NCBI GenBank assembly: GCA_002269645.1
Contig: NIVC01001272.1
Coordinates: 186,001 to 250,000, forward strand
Length of the DNA: 64,000 nucleotides
Reading direction: 5' to 3'
Source of the DNA: Macrostomum lignano
Lineage: Eukaryota
Each line of letters starts with the position of its first letter. Position 1 is the stretch's first letter. The notes beneath the pieces were generated by a model. The model was not told where the DNA came from. It searched no databases and saw only the letters and a program-made list of their open reading frames with translations. Shown in pieces: positions 57,361 to 64,000 of the stretch. Position numbers and translations under genes: made by a program.

Positions 57361-58027
57361 GTTGAACTCAAAATTTTGTTAGCTTCTCTGGTTTTTGCGC
57401 GAGCTGTTTGAGAAATTTTACTTCACCCATTTCTGAGAAATATTTTAAATGTACTTTTATGGCTTAAAATAGTGCGTACATGCTCCTCGACTATTTAAGC
57501 ACCTGTTCTCAGAATCAGCTCAGTAAGTCTGCAAATGATTATATCATGTACTCACGAACATTCAGCTACAATTCCGTTTTTTATTTATTGCTGTCTCAGT
57601 GATCATATTGGTAAAATAAATAGAAAAAGATAAAATGCATCAATCTGTACTGTACTGTTGAAGTTGTTTATTTTAATACTTTGCAGGTTTGCTTGCTTGT
57701 GACTATTTGCAGATAAATTGGAAAATAGTGATAGAATTCTTGTAATCATTTTTGAACTCGCCGTTTTTCTTTTTGCTCTCGATGCTTTTTTTTACATGCC
57801 GCAAGTAACAGAAATTTTACAAAAAGTGTTGTACTTTGGCTTTAAGCCTTCAATGCATTCGTGCCTCATTGATGCTGAGCTCAGCTCTCAATCCATTTAT
57901 CATTTATCTTCCTTCTTAGTTTTGGTCTGTTCGATCTTTTCATATTAACATAGTTGCGCGATGCGCAGTCACAAAAGTAAATGTCTATGGGGAACTTTTG
58001 TTTCACCCGCAACACCCTCCCTCATTA

Positions 58028-58850
58028 ACATTCAGTGACTGACAGCCTGACAGCTCCCTCATAAACATTCAGTGACTGACAGCCTGACAGCTCCCTCATA
58101 AACATTCAGTGACTGACAGCCTGACAGCTCCCTCATAAACATTCAGTGACTGACAGCCTGACAGCTCCCTCATGAACATTCAGTGACTGACAGCCTGACA
58201 GCTCCCTCATGAACATTCAGTGACTGACAGCCTGACAGCTCACTCATGAACAGTCAGTGACTGACAGCCTGACAGCTCCCTCATGAACATTCAGTGACTG
58301 ACAGCCTGACAGCTCCCTCATGAACATTCAGTGACTGACAGCCTGACAGCTCACTCATGAACAGTCAGTGACTGACAGCCTGACAGCTCCCTCATGAACA
58401 TTCAGTGACTGACAGCCTGACAGCTCACTCATGAACAGTCAGTGACTGACAGCCTGACAGCTCCCTCATGAACATTCAGTGACTGACAGCCTGACAGCTC
58501 CCTCATGAACATTCAGTGACTGACAGCCTGACAGCTCACTCATGAACAGTCAGTGACTGACAGCCTGACAGCTCCATCATGAACATTCAGTGACTGACAG
58601 CCTGACAGCTCACTCATGAACAGTCAGTGACTGACAGCCTGACAGCTCCCTCATGAACATCCAGTGACTGACAGCCTGACAGCTCCCTCATGAACATTCA
58701 GTGACTGACAGCCTGACAGCTCCCTCATGAACATCCAGTGACTGACAGCCTGACAGCTCCCTAATGGACATTCAGTGACTGACAGCCTGACAGCTCCCTC
58801 ATGAACATTCAGTGACTGACAGCCTGACAGCTCCCTCATGAACAGTCACT
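58028..58850. repeat. 37-bp minisatellite (CATTCAGTGACTGACAGCCTGACAGCTCCCTCATGAA)
   Basis: CATTCAG at 58029, 58066 and so on. Confidence 0.96.
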
Positions 58851-61800
58851 GACCGGACAGGCAGGTCGCGGCCCCAGTCGCCATTCATTTTTCTGTCCGA
58901 TCCAAGAGCTCCGCTCGTTGCTGATGAACTCAAAACTGCGGCCATTTCAATATTGACGTCCATATTTGATGCCTGCTCTGTGCCATAAACCAAATGCACT
59001 GCTTCGGTTTCTAAATATAGAATGATGCGACCTGCCACTCTCTCTCAGTGCCAGCTCTGGTGCTGTGCAAGGGTGGCTTGAATGTCCTTCAAAATGGCGG
59101 TCCTTTTTGCTTTGCTTGAGTTCGGGACCGAGCAGTGTGGATGCGTTGAGTTTCTGAGGTGGGTTCTGCAAGTCCCTGGCTGATTAGCATCTCAGTGAAT
59201 CCCGATGATATTAACATATGCAAGACAGGGGGACAAAGAAAGACGGACAGCCGCGGGCCGGCGCGGTGAGCGCAGATGAGCAGCGGAAGTCGGAGCCGGT
59301 CTCTGACCTGCTGACTGAGCCGAGGCCGCCACTGAAGGCTGCAGCTGCGCGGCCTGCATGCTTCTGGCCTCTGTGGGGGCCTCCCCCGAGCCCGCAGCGG
59401 CAGCGAACATTTTCCTGCGAATCGACGGATAACGACATCATATATGGGTCGGCTAAACGTGTGTAGTGTAAAAATACATAATTTTCAGGGACGTTGATAC
59501 GTACGAATGTTGGACAGGGGAGATAATTAAGCGACCAGAATTGACTGCTATGTCGAAATGGCCAGTAATGACGAATTTGAAGGGACCTACAAAGCCTTTC
59601 TAGCTTCGAATATTATTATTTTCTGTACTTCTATTACAATCCCATGCACAAAATTTAGTTTAATTTAGCGAAGTGGTGTTATGTATACACGTACTTGTTG
59701 TTTTGTTGCTAAACGGGGGTAGGAGCTTATGCTACCCGCGGATCAGCCCTGTGAGAGGCTCTGCCGCTGAGGGGCACTTCTAGAGATACCCACTGGTAAT
59801 TAGACCCTGACGTCGTAGGCCAGGGCTGGGTGTGAACTGCCAACCTTAATCCAAACATATGGTACAAGACACCGCCAACCCAACAATGGAATCAGGGACG
59901 GTGCTAAAACCGAGTCCACCCAGACCGCCCCGGCCCCAGCTGACAAGTCTTCGGGTGTGCGCGCGAAAAAAAGAGTTAGAAATGCTTAGTTCACTACTTA
60001 GAGTGGTCCGAGAGCGGGGAAACCCCGAAGTCTACGGAAAAGGCTATAGTTAGAAATTTGGCTGGAAGGCTTGTTTCCGAGGGCGAGCAAGCTATGAGCA
60101 CCAAGGGTATCACCTATCCAGCTTTAGCTTGGAGGCCAGGCCAAGGTCGGGAAGGGGCACAAGGCGCAAGAGGACCCGGACTCAGTCGGTATCCCCGATT
60201 CGGGACGAACTCGTTCCCCAGGACGCCAATCCACTGTCAGGATGAGAGAGCCAGAGACACAGCAGAGGCGGGGAGACAACCAGAGGAGCCAGCAGCAGAT
60301 GGAACCGAGGATAAAGCAAGGTAGACCGGGCAGGGAGGGTACTTACTGTACAATGTGCATGTTTGTGTACATTTTTGTCTCCATAACTGAGGGAGATACG
60401 TGCTATAAAGTTTTTATTATTGAATGACAATCGCCAAGAAGAAAGTGAAAAATTGTGCTGAGGTTGTTAAGGCAGTCAAACATTCAACAGAATAGTTATA
60501 ATACTATTTTTCTTGGAAGATCCGAACCGATTCTGATTCTGGAATTGGTAACATGAAAAGCCTCTATGTGTACTTATACTTATATATGTACCTTTAAAAG
60601 TGCAAATGAAGTGCATACAAAATGCACAGCGCGAGTTATTACATCAGATAGCATAAATATAGTAAAAAATGTTTTGCAAAAATTCAAAACAAACTGTTAA
60701 GTAAAACTTCATTCGCTTATTAGACGAGAAAATGCTAAAATATTATTTTGGAAAATGTTGTTTTACTTTCTTGTTTCATAGAAAATGAGTAATTTCTGTT
60801 TCGTCAAGTTGCACACGCTCTAAATATGTTCACAAACTAACTACTGAATTCACCGGCTGTTGGGTTCACCGGATTTTTAACTTTATTTTTAGGGCTTAAA
60901 AATATACATAATCAATAGCGCAAGTAAAACTAGAGATGCGCCTAGATTTTTGGCTCTGCGCGTTGCCCCTGGACATCAGGAGGGCGATTTTTGTTATTTT
61001 TTGGGGGGTGAAACCGGCGGTGAACCCAATAAATCCTTCCAGAGAGCTGAAAACCTGTCATGCAATATTTCAAAGCAAAATATAGGCAGATTTCGACGTG
61101 CGCATAAAATTTTAGCGTTGCGCGTTGCTCCTGAACTGCAGGAGAACGTTTTTTGTTAAATTCCGGTGTTGAATGACTGCCGCTGAACTCCGCGGTGAAC
61201 GAAATTAAGTGCGTTTCCCGAGTCGAAAAATAGTAAATTTTCCTATTAAAAAAGTTACAAAGTAAAGTTTTATCACTTTCATCAGCATTTTTGCACTCAC
61301 TTTTGTGTTGTTGACTGTTAAGCTATTTATTTTAATGCAAAGCGAAAACATTAAAAAATATTTCGAACTGCGAGTCTTTATTGCGCAACGTGGCAGCAGG
61401 CAGTTACAGCGCACTTGCGCATAAAAAATACATTATACGAGCGTATTTATACGCCGTGTGGTATTTTTGTGGCCATACTTAATAATGAAGCCTTTTATGC
61501 TGTTTTACTTCCTATATTTTTAGATTTATTTTTCAATTACGTCTTCAAAAATGCAGTCAAAGTGTTAATATCAGTATAGGCAATAAAATAAAATTGGCAT
61601 TTCTTGGCTTGATGCTTTTTACAACTTGTTAAAACCTCTATTTTAATATTTCTTTTCTTCTAATAAGTCAAATTATAAACATAATATCTATTTAAGATTC
61701 CATAGTGCTTTTCCATTAAGTATAAATTCAATTATATCAGGCAGGCACTTAGTATACTTTTATAAAAAAATAACTATAACATGCAGTAAAAATATTGACT

Positions 61801-62395
61801 ATACTAGCCTATTTAATTACTTGTAATTTTATGTAATATTACTAGCCAATAAATACTTTTATATTTGATTTCATTGTAATTATAAAAAAATTTAAAAAAT
61901 TCTGTATATTTATAACATTCTTGACTCATAAAATTCTTTCTTGTTTTTTCTCCTAACCTTTCGCCCTTTTTTCGCCCCAGTTCCGGTTTCGGAAGCCTTG
62001 GCATTCTTGGCTTCATCAGCTTTCCGCTCCTCGCAACGGAGGATGGTCAGCTGAGTCAGACTGTAAAGGCTTTGGCAGTTGAATGCTCTGTTTATTTGAG
62101 TCAATCGAGTGATTGAAAAGGACTTAAAATAATTGCATTTCTGGTTTCGTGTATTTATAGATGAAATTGGGGTTTTAGGAAAGTTCTGGAAAAACGTGCA
62201 TCGTTATAACAAAACTAAGTTGTATGTACGTATTGCTCAAATAGTGACTAAGTGTTACAGTACAAGAATTCATGTAAATTAATAATTAACTATGCATAAT
62301 CGGTGTAGAAATAATATTGTGAACTTGATGGAAATTTCAGGAAAAGCGTAGAATATTTAAAATTACCATATCGGGAAATTTCTATTATTCATACG

Positions 62396-63255
62396 CTAAA
62401 GAAAGTTCGCGAAGGTCACTACAAGACCAATATGGATTGTGGACTTAGGCGGCAAGTGCTCAGCCCAGTCATTAGAGAGCCCTAGGATCACCGTAGCCCC
62501 CTTCTCCTTGCGGGAAGTGGCGTGGTGTAGGAGCCCGTTGACCTCAAGGTCAGGGTGCAGCTTTAGCAATATTTGCCTAAGCTGATCTCCGGACTTAATG
62601 GCACTGCCGGCCAGGATCCAGACGCGAAAGCGCTGGCGAAGACGAGCTTGCCGAGCTTCTTGGGCCAGTTCAGCTTTGGCAGAAGCTCGCGTAGACTGCG
62701 GCTGCTCTCCTCCGAGCTGCACCAGATGAAGATGCAGCCGTCGGTCTTGGCGGACTTGACCACGCTCACAGGGCGGCCCGCCAGGAGCTGGTCGATGAGC
62801 GCAGCATCGATGGTGCGCCAGGCACTGTCGAGCTCGTCGGCCGTGAGGTCTTGCTCTTCCCCGAAGACGATGACCGCCGGTTGGAGCTTGACCTTTGAGG
62901 CGTAATTAGTGCGGCGGTTCCCCAGCTCACCAGCGGGGGTTGTATCCTTGGGGGCATGGGTTGCTGTGGCTCCTTTCGGGCCAACAGCAGCCTCGTCCTC
63001 CCTAGGTTCCCCCTCCGCCGGTGGTCGGCCCGCAGTCGCCGTCGCCGCTCGTTGCGGCGTTGGTTGCGGGCGCGTCGGGCTTCAGCGGAGGGCCCGGTTG
63101 CGCGTGCGGGCATGTCACCGGCCGAGCCGGCGGCAAGCCCATCTGCCCCCAGTGGGGCGGCGCTCGTGCCAGAGTCACCGGCCGGAGTTGCCGGGGCCCC
63201 GGCTTCAGCGGGGTTGAAAGAGGCGGATAACGCCATAGCTGAAAGCGGGAAGGAT
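62396..63255 (-). mobile_element. Degenerate LINE ORF1-like (DUF4780/LOA-type) remnant
   Basis: NYASKVK..AVIVF..LT..ELD..WRTI..LI..G.IFIWCS..SL..LLPKL.W, then QILLKLHPDL..G..VILGL. The family assignment is from recalled pattern only. Confidence 0.55.
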
Positions 63256-63261
63256 GAGATG

Positions 63262-63866
63262 AGGCACGGTGCTGATGAGATGAGACGCTTCGCTTCGCTG
63301 AAGGCCATCTCGCATTTTGCGTCCCAGTTCCATGGCGTGTCCTTGCGCAGGAGCGCTGTTAGCGGCTCGGCGACGTGAGACAGGTTCTTGATGTAGAACT
63401 GGAAGAACTTTGCAAAGCCAAGGAATGAGGCTAACTTTGCCGTATTGGTGGGTGCCTTGAGTCCCGATACGGACCCGGTGTGCGACTAACTAATGGTTAA
63501 CTGATTAACTAATGGTGACGCGGTGCCCAACGAACTCGATCTCCGACGCCTTGAAGGTTGCACTTCTTGAGGTTGACGGTTACTCGATGCTGCAGCAGCT
63601 TGTCCAGTACCTGAAGTACGCGACTTTCGTGCTCAGCTTCAGTACCGGCGTGAACGGCGATGTCGTCTTGATAGTGAACGACGCCTCTGATGCCTTGGAG
63701 GATCTTGCCGACGACCTTCTGGAAGGCCGCCGGATCCGAGCTGATGCCGAACGGCATGCGTCTGAAACGGTAGAGGCCGAATTCGGTGTGGAAGCAGGTC
63801 AGATTCTTGGCGTCATCGTGCAGAGGCAGCTGTAGATACGACTGGTTGAGGTTGATTCGTGAGAAA
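63262..63866 (-). mobile_element. Ty3/Gypsy LTR retrotransposon reverse-transcriptase fragment
   Basis: SRINLNQSYLQLPL..TCFHTEFGLYRFRRMPFG, YQDDI, KKC..EIEFVGH, APTN..L.SFLGFA.FF..YIKNLS.VAEPLTALLRK..W.W. Confidence 0.9.
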
Positions 63867-64000
63867 AACTTCGAATTGTAAACCTCAAATATATTACTAA
63901 TTTAAAATTTTAAAACACGTTTCCATTCTTTTGAATTAGAATAGCAGGTATGTTCAGAGCTAAAATAATTCTGGTTTAACAATTTTATGCCTTACTTTAT

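Noticed and set aside
60860-61029. 12-bp inverted repeat (TTGGGTTCACCG/CGGTGAACCCAA) with nearby imperfect direct repeats, possible MITE
   Set aside because: Too short, and no TSD or element boundaries could be defined.
51863-63255. Single LINE (ORF1 at 62-63 kb, ORF2 at 52-53 kb) having captured the cGLR2 exons
   Set aside because: The pieces are 9 kb apart with no TSD evidence, and the ANK-NTase intron phase is shared with cGLR1, so the fusion predates the insertion. Independent insertions are simpler.

Overview
Eukaryotic (animal) genomic DNA with GC-rich exons and introns packed with tandem repeats; no prokaryotic content. The overall style best fits a free-living flatworm such as Macrostomum (inference, not verified). 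The first ~33 kb holds five co-oriented + strand genes that I could splice by hand into intact reading frames: ULK4, FAM91A1, a RING/B-box/coiled-coil/NHL-like TRIM gene, NRDE2 and RBM34. Nearly every intron in them carries its own minisatellite or a tRNA-derived SINE. NRDE2 has no usable ATG: its conserved ALFPA N-terminus begins with CTG. The second half is a dynamic locus built around two divergently transcribed genes. In each, an ankyrin-repeat exon joins in frame, through a phase-2 intron, to a Mab-21/cGAS-like nucleotidyltransferase (cGLR), giving predicted ANK-cGLR fusion proteins. Around them lie cGLR pseudogene fragments, Crypton-type tyrosine-recombinase remnants, LOA/R1-like LINE and Ty3/Gypsy fragments, and large minisatellite arrays. 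All exon models are manual predictions from GT-AG sites, phase consistency and recalled family motifs; no searches were run.
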